Origin: a virus
Reading direction: 5' to 3' (one strand)
Length of the DNA stretch: 42,702 nucleotides
Virus record (IMG/VR): IMGVR_UViG_3300045988_133767
Span: 1-42,702 of that record
Below the pieces are notes generated by a model. It was not told the DNA's origin, did not search any database, and saw only the letters and a list, made by a program, of their open reading frames with translations. Position numbers and translations under genes: made by a program. The first letter of the stretch is position 1, and each line of letters begins with the position of its first letter. Positions 5,829 through 14,832 of this stretch are shown piece after piece.

Positions 5829-8483
5829 AATATGGCAAATCCAACAGACCAACAAGACAGAGCTTTACAAGAATTAGGAATGACTGCTGACAAAACAGGA
5901 AGTTATCTAAAAACAACAGCTGACGGATGTACAGATTTAGAAGCTACAGTAAAAGCATTAAGAGAAGGCACAGAAAATATGACAAGAAGTCAAAAAGCAG
6001 CTTTGATAGCTACTGTTGCTGGTAAAAATGCTTTACCAGGAGTTATGTCACTTGTTAATGCATCAGCAGAAGAATACAACAAGCTATCAGAAGCGATAGA
6101 CAATTCAACTTCTACAGTATCAATGTTTAATGAAAATATGAACATCTTAGGTTTAAAAGGCGAAGATGCTACAAAGAGAATAGAAGTCATGAAAGATGTA
6201 TTTTCTAATACTGAAACATCAGCAACAGCATTAGGATTGTCTAGTAAAGACTTAGGATATGCAATATCTTTACTTGGTGATGATTGTAAAGTTAGTTCTC
6301 AATCTGTAGAAGATTTACTCGATGTAGTAGAATCTATGGATAATGCTAGTGGTAAAGTTGATAAATTTTGGAGAAGTGTAGGAAATGCTAAAAACATAGA
6401 AATAGACGGAAAAGCAATAAATCAACTTATAGATTATAACGGAACTTTAAGTACTATAGATAATTCTATAGTTGGACTTAGTGATCATACAGTAGAATAT
6501 GCTAAAGCTCATAATGAAAACTATAAAAACACAAAAGAATATGTTAAATCACTTGTAAAAGAAGGAATGACAATAGACGATGCTAACAGTAAGCTTTCTA
6601 AATATGGAATAGAAGCTGAAAAAATATCATTATCTACATTATCAATGTCTCAAAAGACAGATTACCTAAGACAAGCATTTAAGGGCATGTCAGACGAACA
6701 AATAAAAGCTAAATTGCAAACTATAGGACTTGGAGATAGCTTTGATGAAGTTAACGAAATAGTTGATATGTCAGATGAAAAATATGCAACTTACAAGAAG
6801 AATCTTAAAGAAATTGAAGGATTATCAACTAGATTAGCTGACAGCATTGATGAAACAACAAAATCAACATTTTTAGCATTATCAAGTGCGATAGAAGATA
6901 GTTTAATAGGTGCATTTGAAAAAATGAAACCAGCGCTTATAAACGGCTCTCAAGCACTTACAGACTTTTTCTCAACTTGGAGAAACGGGGATAAAAACAC
7001 TTATACTTTTGATGGATTTGAAAAGGGATTAGCTGACTTAGAAACAAAAGTATCTAATGCAGCTAAAAATATACCTAATTTAATATCAAATGCAATAAGT
7101 GGTGCTAATAGATTTATAAGTGGTGGTTCTTTAGACAGTTTATTAAGCATGGGTAGTAGTATAGTTAAAAACATAGCTCAAGGCATAATAAACAACAAAG
7201 AAGGTTTATCAGCTGCAATAAGTAGTTTGATATCAAAAGTTTGTAGCTGGATTCAAGAAAATGGTCCTATGATCCAAGAAGCTGGCAAAGTTATCTTAGA
7301 AGCTATAGGAAACGGAATAAGAAATAATAGAGATCAAATAAATTCAGCATGCGGTATTATCTATGATGCAATGAACGATTGGTCGGCTGCAAATGCAGAA
7401 AATATGGGTATGCTTGGTGGTTCAGTAGCAGATAAATTTATATGGGGATTCTTAAAAGGCTTTACAATGGATAAATTTGCTGGTATAAAAGGATTTTTTG
7501 CTGGATTATTTAACAGCGACGGACAAGATGCTTATCAACAATGGGGTATTTCTAGTGGGCAAAATTACACCAATGGTATAAACTCAGGACTTGAACAAAG
7601 TAAATCTACAACAAATGCTACTGCAACAGAAATAGGCGATGGCATTTCCCAAAATATAATGAATAAGCTAGAAACTATGAATGCAAGTCAACTAAAAGAG
7701 TTAGAAAAAGAATTAAAATCCTTACAAACAACAACTCAAAATGTAGCTAATGGTATAGGTTCAAGCTTTGGAAAAATTAGAAATACAGTTAGAGAGAATT
7801 TAGTGGGTAGTGTTAACATAGGTAGAAATCAATTTGTCAACCTAGCTAATATTATAAGAAATCAATCTCAAAATGCTAGAAATAGCGCAACAAGAAGCTT
7901 TATATCACTTAGAAAAGTTATAAATACACAAATAACACAAGCTAGAACTGCTGTAACAAGTAAGATGATATCTATTGCTAATGTTGTAAGAACACAGTCA
8001 CAAAATGCACGTAACAATGCTACAAGAAGCTTTATATCACTTAGAAAAGTTATACAAACTCAAATGTCACAAGCTTATAGTTCTGTAAATAGTTATATGT
8101 CTAAAATAGCATCTGCTACAAATAGAACACTTAACACTAAAGTTAATGTTACTAGAACTGTTAATACTGTAAATCAGAGTGCTAGAACAGCTAATTTAAA
8201 AGCTGTAAACACAATGGCATATTCAAACTTAGCATATAGTGCTATAAGAGCTACAAATAATGCTGCTACTGCTAGTTTAGCTAGTACATCAACTTCAAGC
8301 TTTTCTAGTTCAACAGGTGTATCTAGTTCTTCTAATAGCACAGCAAAAGCTACTACAAGAGATATGAGGATAGTAATGCCAGTATATCTTGATAGCAAGG
8401 TCATAGGTGAATCTACTGCAGATATAGTAGATGATAAAATAAAAGTAAAAGCAAGAAGAGAAAACAGGAAGAGAGGTAGATAA
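5829..8483 (+). CDS. tail tape measure protein, exon 4
   Basis: Starts NMANPTDQQDRALQELGM, which completes the ...KNMLA|NMANPT motif. It then runs as a long helical protein with C-terminal tandem repeats. The apparent start at TTG 5826 has no RBS. Confidence 0.85.
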   Translation, partial: NMANPTDQQDRALQELGMTADKTGSYLKTTADGCTDLEATVKALREGTENMTRSQKAALIATVAGKNALPGVMSLVNASAEEYNKLSEAIDNSTSTVSMFNENMNILGLKGEDATKRIEVMKDVFSNTETSATALGLSSKDLGYAISLLGDDCKVSSQSVEDLLDVVESMDNASGKVDKFWRSVGNAKNIEIDGKAINQLIDYNGTLSTIDNSIVGLSDHTVEYAKAHNENYKNTKEYVKSLVKEGMTIDDANSKLSKYGIEAEKISLSTLSMSQKTDYLRQAFKGMSDEQIKAKLQTIGLGDSFDEVNEIVDMSDEKYATYKKNLKEIEGLSTRLADSIDETTKSTFLALSSAIEDSLIGAFEKMKPALINGSQALTDFFSTWRNGDKNTYTFDGFEKGLADLETKVSNAAKNIPNLISNAISGANRFISGGSLDSLLSMGSSIVKNIAQGIINNKEGLSAAISSLISKVCSWIQENGPMIQEAGKVILEAIGNGIRNNRDQINSACGIIYDAMNDWSAANAENMGMLGGSVADKFIWGFLKGFTMDKFAGIKGFFAGLFNSDGQDAYQQWGISSGQNYTNGINSGLEQSKSTTNATATEIGDGISQNIMNKLETMNASQLKELEKELKSLQTTTQNVANGIGSSFGKIRNTVRENLVGSVNIGRNQFVNLANIIRNQSQNARNSATRSFISLRKVINTQITQARTAVTSKMISIANVVRTQSQNARNNATRSFISLRKVIQTQMSQAYSSVNSYMSKIASATNRTLNTKVNVTRTVNTVNQSARTANLKAVNTMAYSNLAYSAIRATNNAATASLASTSTSSFSSSTGVSSSSNSTAKATTRDMRIVMPVYLDSKVIGESTADIVDDKIKVKARRENRKRGR

Positions 8484-10493
8484 ATGTATAAATTCGGTGA
8501 CATAGTATTAGACGATTTAGAAGGCTTTGGCATAAAAGAAATAGACATACCTTTACTACCTCCTTCTGAATCTGATTCTATTGAAACATGGAGCGATAAT
8601 GGAGATATATTTAGTGGAAGTAGAAAGAAGAAGAGAACAATAGATATTAAATTCTGTGTTGAATGTGATGATAAGGATACTTATGATACTACAGTAGATG
8701 CTATAGCAGATGCTTTTGATGTAGATACTCCACAAGCTTTTTACATAGAAGATGAAGAAAAATTTATTTACTGCATTCCAGAGGATGAAGTGGAGTTTGG
8801 AGATGTGGTAATTCGTGATAATAAATGTTATGGCGAGGGAAGTGTGTCCTTAGTGGCATACGACCCTTATTTTTATATAGAAGAAGCCAAAATATTTGAA
8901 GGCGATAAAAAGATTACTTATACAAATGAGGGCAAAAAGTCATGCCCTTGTATAATTAATGTAAATTTAGAGCAAGATGCTTGTTATTTACAAGTAAGTG
9001 ATAGTAATGGTAATGCTATTCTTCTTGGAACTTATCCAAGCCTTGTAAATAAATCAGTTAACGAAAAAGAAAATCAAATAGATGAAGTATGTGAAACAAA
9101 GACTAATTTCTCAAATGGGTCTTTTGTAGATGCAAATAGAGTTGTTACTGGTGGAGTAGATGTATGTGCTGTAAATGAAGGCGGATGGGCAATAGTAGCA
9201 AATGATTACGGCTCAGGAGATAAATGGCATGGACCTTCTATAAGAAGAAATCTTATTCCAGACATAATCGACTTTGAAGTGCAAGGCTACTTTTATTTTG
9301 ATTCAACAGGAAAATTGAAATACAACGAAAATGCAAGTACAAACACAACAACAACTACTAAATATAAAGTAACAGCTACATCAATAGCTTTAAAGGAAAA
9401 AAGACTTTCTAGTAGTAAAACGATAAAAACTATAAAAAAAGGTGTTTATTTGACTGCTAGTCAAGTTACTAATGGCTGGATAAAAACTACTTATAGTGAA
9501 AAAACTGGCTGGGTTAAAATATCTAAAGGTTTAAAGAAGATCACTACAAAAACAAGTAATTATTACACAAATCATACAGCATCATTAAGAAGTGGAGCAA
9601 GCAAGAAAACAAAGTTATTAGCTACAATACCGAATGGTACAGCGGTTAATTATTTAAATATCACAAGTGGGAAATGGAGCAAAGTAACCTATAACGGAAA
9701 AACAGGCTACGTTTGGAGTGAATATCTTACAAAAGGCTCGGATACAACGATAGAAACAGATGAAGATATAGTTGTGGCTGAAAATCAATTAGGCTTGTTA
9801 GAAATGTATGGATGCGATGTAAATGGTGTAAAATTATTCAAGTTTATGTTATGTGATGACCAAAAGTATTTTGAATCAAACTATCCAGTTGTACAAATAG
9901 GAAATAAAACTGTATTAGAAGATAAAGATTTTAAATTGCCAGAAGTAAAATTCACAACAACTACAGAAGGTAGTGGAGATAAGCTTACTATAAAGAAACA
10001 TTACCTTAATATGGGACAATATGGAGATTGGAACGAATTTAAAGGCCATTTTACTATAAAAAGGGAAGGTACAAAATGGAGTGTTGAAGTTGTTAAATAT
10101 AATTCCTCTGGTGAAATAGTTAAAACAATTAAGCCAGAAGATATAAGAGATAGCGATTTTCCAACAGGAAACCTAAATCATATAGATGTTTTCTTTGGCC
10201 AATATGGAGAAGAAAAAGCAGTTGATACAATGACACTTAATAGAATTATTGTAAATAAACTAAATGATACAACTCAAGAAGATACAAACTTATACATTTT
10301 TAAAGCTGGAGATGAAATAAGTATAGATACTTTAAATCAAAAGGTTTATAAAAATGGTGAGCTTTTTATGGATTATATAGATTATGGAAGTTACTTCTTT
10401 AACTTAGAACAAGGTGAAAATACAATAACAATAAATTCAGACAGTCCAATATCTTCTAGTAGTGTAATATTTAATGAAAGGTTTAATAGATAA
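8484..10493 (+). CDS. distal tail protein (Dit-like) with two inserted SH3b-like domains
   Basis: The gene lies directly after the TMP gene (TAAATG coupling). Internal repeats GWIKTTYSEKTGWVKISKG and GKWSKVTYNGKTGYVWSEYL are SH3b-like. Confidence 0.65.
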   Translation: MYKFGDIVLDDLEGFGIKEIDIPLLPPSESDSIETWSDNGDIFSGSRKKKRTIDIKFCVECDDKDTYDTTVDAIADAFDVDTPQAFYIEDEEKFIYCIPEDEVEFGDVVIRDNKCYGEGSVSLVAYDPYFYIEEAKIFEGDKKITYTNEGKKSCPCIINVNLEQDACYLQVSDSNGNAILLGTYPSLVNKSVNEKENQIDEVCETKTNFSNGSFVDANRVVTGGVDVCAVNEGGWAIVANDYGSGDKWHGPSIRRNLIPDIIDFEVQGYFYFDSTGKLKYNENASTNTTTTTKYKVTATSIALKEKRLSSSKTIKTIKKGVYLTASQVTNGWIKTTYSEKTGWVKISKGLKKITTKTSNYYTNHTASLRSGASKKTKLLATIPNGTAVNYLNITSGKWSKVTYNGKTGYVWSEYLTKGSDTTIETDEDIVVAENQLGLLEMYGCDVNGVKLFKFMLCDDQKYFESNYPVVQIGNKTVLEDKDFKLPEVKFTTTTEGSGDKLTIKKHYLNMGQYGDWNEFKGHFTIKREGTKWSVEVVKYNSSGEIVKTIKPEDIRDSDFPTGNLNHIDVFFGQYGEEKAVDTMTLNRIIVNKLNDTTQEDTNLYIFKAGDEISIDTLNQKVYKNGELFMDYIDYGSYFFNLEQGENTITINSDSPISSSSVIFNERFNR

Positions 10494-13400
10494 TGTATAG
10501 AGTAAACACAATTTTTATTTTAAATCGACAAAAAGAAATAATAGATGTTATACCTTCACAGGGAGACAGTTGTTTTTTTGATGATGAATATGAGTTGGAC
10601 CTAGAAACTTTTATTGACACTTATACACTATCTGTAAAAGATGTAAAAAGGTATTCTGATAAGTTAATCGGACTTAACTATATAATTTTTAGATGGAAAG
10701 GCAAAGATAGATTATTTCAAATATTCGAATCTGGAACAACTCACGAGAAAAAGAATGTTATAACTGACATTTACTGTGAAAATACAGGGATAACACTTAT
10801 AAATGAGCCGACTCAACCTCAAGTGATAGTTGGTAATGTAAAACAATTTCTTGATTCCGTACTTATTAATACAGAGTTTGAAGTTGAATACGTTGATAGT
10901 GAGTTACTTAATACAGTGCTTACTATTGAAATCGAGACAAAAACAAACGTATTAAAAGCTATTCAAGATAATATAGCTAGTTTCGGCGCTGAGCTTGAAT
11001 TTACAGTCAAAAGACAAGGTAGTAAGTTAAAGCAGATTATAAATGTATATAAGAAAAAAGGGAAAGTAACAAATAAGATTTTTACATATGGTGATAATGT
11101 AAATAAAATAGGTCAAACCAAAAAATGGTCCGATTTCTGTACAGCATTAATCCCTTATGGAAAAGATGATATAACTATACATTCAGTAGAATGGATAAAA
11201 GAAAAAGGGGATCCAGTCGACAAACCACTTAATCAGGACTTTATTGCAGATGAAGAAGCTTTTAAACTTTATAACAATAATGGTAGACATATATTTGGCT
11301 ACTTTGAAAGTGATGCTAATAATGCATCTGATTTGTTAAAAGAAGCATATGAGGAATTACAAAAACGTTCTAAACCTCAAGCCACATATGAAATGACTGT
11401 TTCTTACGATGATGAACTTGATATAGGTGATACTGTATCAATTAGAGATTTTGGCTTTGGAGTAAAACCATTACTTTTAGAAGCTAGAGTAAATAAACTA
11501 AAATTATCTTTTTCTGATGAAACAAAATGTACAGCAGAATTTAGCAATTATAAAGAAGTTACAAGCAAAATAAAAAATCTATCTAATAAAGACGATTTAT
11601 TAAAAGAAATAATTGAATTTCTTGGTGGTATTGGAATAGGTGATTTGACTGACGAGGATATTGCTAAAATACGAGAATACTTAGAAAAAATGGGAGTAGA
11701 AAAAGAGGAGATAGACAAAATATTTGATGAAATTCAAGATATTATACATCCAAAACCAGACCCTCCCGATGAAGGTGATGGCGACCCTGTCTATATTGAC
11801 ACTTATAAAAATGGAGTATGGCTTGGAGATGATAGATTTTATCAAATAAAGACTTCTAAGGCAGTATCTACTACTGATAAAACTAATGATGAGTATGCAG
11901 AAGCATTAGCATTATATGAGAAATATGACATAGGTAAATATCAAAACAAGGCTAATCTTAACGATTTATCATCTACAGGAAATAAATATAAACTATATCT
12001 TATAGTTGAACATTATGCTAGAAAATTTGGCTTAGATACAAATCTAGTGTATGCAGTCATAATGGGAGAATCTAGAGGTGACCCTTATAGTACTACAGGT
12101 AGTAATGGCGGTTACGGACTAATGCAATGTGAAAGAAGTACATACTTCAAAGAGTGGGGAAATAAGGCACAAACTATAAAATATTTAGACGGCAGCACTT
12201 ATAAATTTCTACCTTCTTATAATACTATGAAACCAGGGATAGGTGGAACTACTACAGTTAACGGAATAACAGTCGACAAAAATATCTTAAATCAGATACG
12301 ATTCGGTTGCTGGGAACTACGTCAAGCTATTGATTATGCGCACGGAAATATATTTGGTGGATTAGTAGCTAACAATATGGGACAAGGTTCATTAAACTGG
12401 ATAGTATCAAAATATGTCTGTGATAAATATGGATATACATTTGTTGATTCTTACTATTTAAGTTCTCAATCTAATCAAACAAAGTTAAAAGTTTATGAGG
12501 AATTAGATAGTTTAAAATTTGATTTTGCAGCTTACAGACAGAAGTTAAAAGACCAAAAAGGATTAGGAACACCGAATAATGTAGAACTATATTTGTGTTG
12601 GTATAAAGTGGTAAATGGCCAATTACCTTATTATTTAGATGCACAGGGCAATAAATTAGGCTATGGAGTTGGTGTATCTACTCCAAAAGGAACAGGTAAA
12701 GCAAGTGCAAGTGATATAAGACAAATTATAGTTGATACGGCAAAAGCTATAGTACAACAACATACAGATAAATTAGCTACTTATGACCAGGAATATAGAA
12801 CATGGAATTTTAAAAAACCTAACAAGAGAAAAGGTAAATTTTACGGAATAGAAAATCCAATATGTTATGATTGCAGTTCTTTGGTTACTTGTTGCTATGG
12901 TGAAGCTGGACTAAAAAGTATATTTCATAGTGATTCATATTGTGCATATGGTACATTGGTTAAATATGCAACGGCTAAAGATGGGTATAAAATGTTTAAA
13001 ATAACTAAAACATCTATAGAAAATATGAAAGTTGGAGATATAATAATGATGTGTAATAAAGAGTGCCCTACAACATTAACTAGAGCGAAAGCTATGGCAA
13101 AGAACTTTACTCATCATACGTTAATTTACTGTGGTAAAGAAAATGGCAAACATATGGTTGCTCATGCTAGAAAGTGGGATTATTGGCCAAAGGCTATAAG
13201 GTATATGCCAGTATACAATGATATCTATAAATACGGATTTTGTTTAAGACCTTATGACCTTGTTCAAGCTGATAACAATAATGTAGAGGACACTCCTGTG
13301 ATCGACAAGACAGATATGAATGAAGTGTATATCAAGGCAGTTAGAAAGGCAAATGCATATGATTTTTATGACGATAATAATAATTTGTTAACTACAGTAG

Positions 13401-14818
13401 AAGGCTTATACGAAGATGATGAAAAAGTTTATCCAAGTTCAATTCCTTATGCACTTGTACATTTTGGATTAAATGATCTAACAGAAAAAGGTATAAACGG
13501 AGTAAAAATATTAGTTAATATATTAAAAAATAAATATAGAAATACACCGATTTTCATACTAAAAGAATTACATACTGGTATAGCATACGAAAATTATGCT
13601 ACTGTAAATACTTCTATAGATACTTATAACACTCAAATAAAAGAGTTTTGTGATAATGAAGAAAATGTATTTTTATTAGATGTTTCTGATAAATTAGAAA
13701 CTTATATAAAAGTATTGAACTCTAATTACACTAATGATGGTTATACCTTCAAGGATGATAGCAGCATTAGTGTTTTTTATGATGCAATAAAAGAAAAATT
13801 ACTATCAACTCCAATAGGTTATAAGAAAAAGGATGATAGCGGTAATACTGGCGGTGGTGACACTGGGGATGATGATGGTAATGCATCTAAAAGAGAAGGT
13901 GAAACAGTAAATATATTATTAGAAAGTACAAAAACTTATACTTGGCCTAAAAAAACAATTAAGTCTCTTACTTTCAGACTTAAAAGTAAAGTTGATAAAA
14001 GTTTTTATGCTAGAATGGTGTTTACTACAGCAGATGAAATTAGTTATACACAAAGTAAAATTTGTTATCTTGAAGGTGTTGATTGTGTAGCTGGGCAACT
14101 AGTACCAAAGCCTAATACAGGTTATAAAATTATAATAATGGCTAATGTAAATACAAGTATTGACTATAAATATTATGGCTCAGTTTCCGTAGATAAAAGT
14201 GAAGGATATGCAAAAACTTATAAATTTGCTGGTGGCGAAAAAGCTGTAAAAACTGCAAAAACATACCTAAATCGAAGCGGATTGCGATATGGAGATAATT
14301 CATATGCAGTCAAGTCTGAGCCTACGAGTTTCCCTGACGATATGGCTGGAAACTTAAATAAATGGTATGATGCTGATGCTAAAAAAGCAAATATAGACTG
14401 TAGTTCTTTGGCCATATTTGTTTATGCGGATATAAGCTATGATAAAAGTCCTTATGCTAATCACAAATTAAAGAAATTAGTTAAAAATTCAAAAACTAGT
14501 TGGGCATTTATGTTGCCTCGTAATGCTGCTATGCAAGCTGAATACTGTGTGAAAAAAGGTTGGGTACTTCATGATATAGATATAATCAATTATTCAAACT
14601 TGGAAGCTGGAGACCTCGTTTTTTTTGATAGAGATAACGGAGAAAATGGTCGTTATATGAACTGTTCTCATGTTGCAATTGTAGTTGGACCAACTGAAGA
14701 TGGTGGTTCAGTTAACATAATAGAATCCACTACAGTTACAAATGGAGTTAGAATAATAGGAATTACAAACAACACAACTGATAAAATATTATTCTGTGCT
14801 AGACCTAAGAAATTATAG
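10493..14818 (+). CDS. tail-associated lysin / tail endopeptidase (Tal-like), multi-domain
   Basis: 1441 aa. It has a prophage-tail-like N-terminus. The lytic transglycosylase motif is VIMGESRGDPY...GGYGLMQ. Two NlpC/P60-like Cys motifs are present (CYDCSSLVTCCYGEAGL and NIDCSSLAIFVYADI...CSHVAIVVG). An SGNH-like segment (ALVHFGLNDL) lies between them. Confidence 0.75.
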   Translation: MYRVNTIFILNRQKEIIDVIPSQGDSCFFDDEYELDLETFIDTYTLSVKDVKRYSDKLIGLNYIIFRWKGKDRLFQIFESGTTHEKKNVITDIYCENTGITLINEPTQPQVIVGNVKQFLDSVLINTEFEVEYVDSELLNTVLTIEIETKTNVLKAIQDNIASFGAELEFTVKRQGSKLKQIINVYKKKGKVTNKIFTYGDNVNKIGQTKKWSDFCTALIPYGKDDITIHSVEWIKEKGDPVDKPLNQDFIADEEAFKLYNNNGRHIFGYFESDANNASDLLKEAYEELQKRSKPQATYEMTVSYDDELDIGDTVSIRDFGFGVKPLLLEARVNKLKLSFSDETKCTAEFSNYKEVTSKIKNLSNKDDLLKEIIEFLGGIGIGDLTDEDIAKIREYLEKMGVEKEEIDKIFDEIQDIIHPKPDPPDEGDGDPVYIDTYKNGVWLGDDRFYQIKTSKAVSTTDKTNDEYAEALALYEKYDIGKYQNKANLNDLSSTGNKYKLYLIVEHYARKFGLDTNLVYAVIMGESRGDPYSTTGSNGGYGLMQCERSTYFKEWGNKAQTIKYLDGSTYKFLPSYNTMKPGIGGTTTVNGITVDKNILNQIRFGCWELRQAIDYAHGNIFGGLVANNMGQGSLNWIVSKYVCDKYGYTFVDSYYLSSQSNQTKLKVYEELDSLKFDFAAYRQKLKDQKGLGTPNNVELYLCWYKVVNGQLPYYLDAQGNKLGYGVGVSTPKGTGKASASDIRQIIVDTAKAIVQQHTDKLATYDQEYRTWNFKKPNKRKGKFYGIENPICYDCSSLVTCCYGEAGLKSIFHSDSYCAYGTLVKYATAKDGYKMFKITKTSIENMKVGDIIMMCNKECPTTLTRAKAMAKNFTHHTLIYCGKENGKHMVAHARKWDYWPKAIRYMPVYNDIYKYGFCLRPYDLVQADNNNVEDTPVIDKTDMNEVYIKAVRKANAYDFYDDNNNLLTTVEGLYEDDEKVYPSSIPYALVHFGLNDLTEKGINGVKILVNILKNKYRNTPIFILKELHTGIAYENYATVNTSIDTYNTQIKEFCDNEENVFLLDVSDKLETYIKVLNSNYTNDGYTFKDDSSISVFYDAIKEKLLSTPIGYKKKDDSGNTGGGDTGDDDGNASKREGETVNILLESTKTYTWPKKTIKSLTFRLKSKVDKSFYARMVFTTADEISYTQSKICYLEGVDCVAGQLVPKPNTGYKIIIMANVNTSIDYKYYGSVSVDKSEGYAKTYKFAGGEKAVKTAKTYLNRSGLRYGDNSYAVKSEPTSFPDDMAGNLNKWYDADAKKANIDCSSLAIFVYADISYDKSPYANHKLKKLVKNSKTSWAFMLPRNAAMQAEYCVKKGWVLHDIDIINYSNLEAGDLVFFDRDNGENGRYMNCSHVAIVVGPTEDGGSVNIIESTTVTNGVRIIGITNNTTDKILFCARPKKL

Positions 14819-14832
14819 AAGGAGGGATTATT

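Noticed and set aside
5638-5916. Minus-strand ORFs 5638..5916 and 5711..5893.
   Set aside because: They lie within the 3' ribozyme half of intron 3 and the start of exon 4. They have no RBS and low-complexity hydrophobic translations typical of AT-rich antisense frames.
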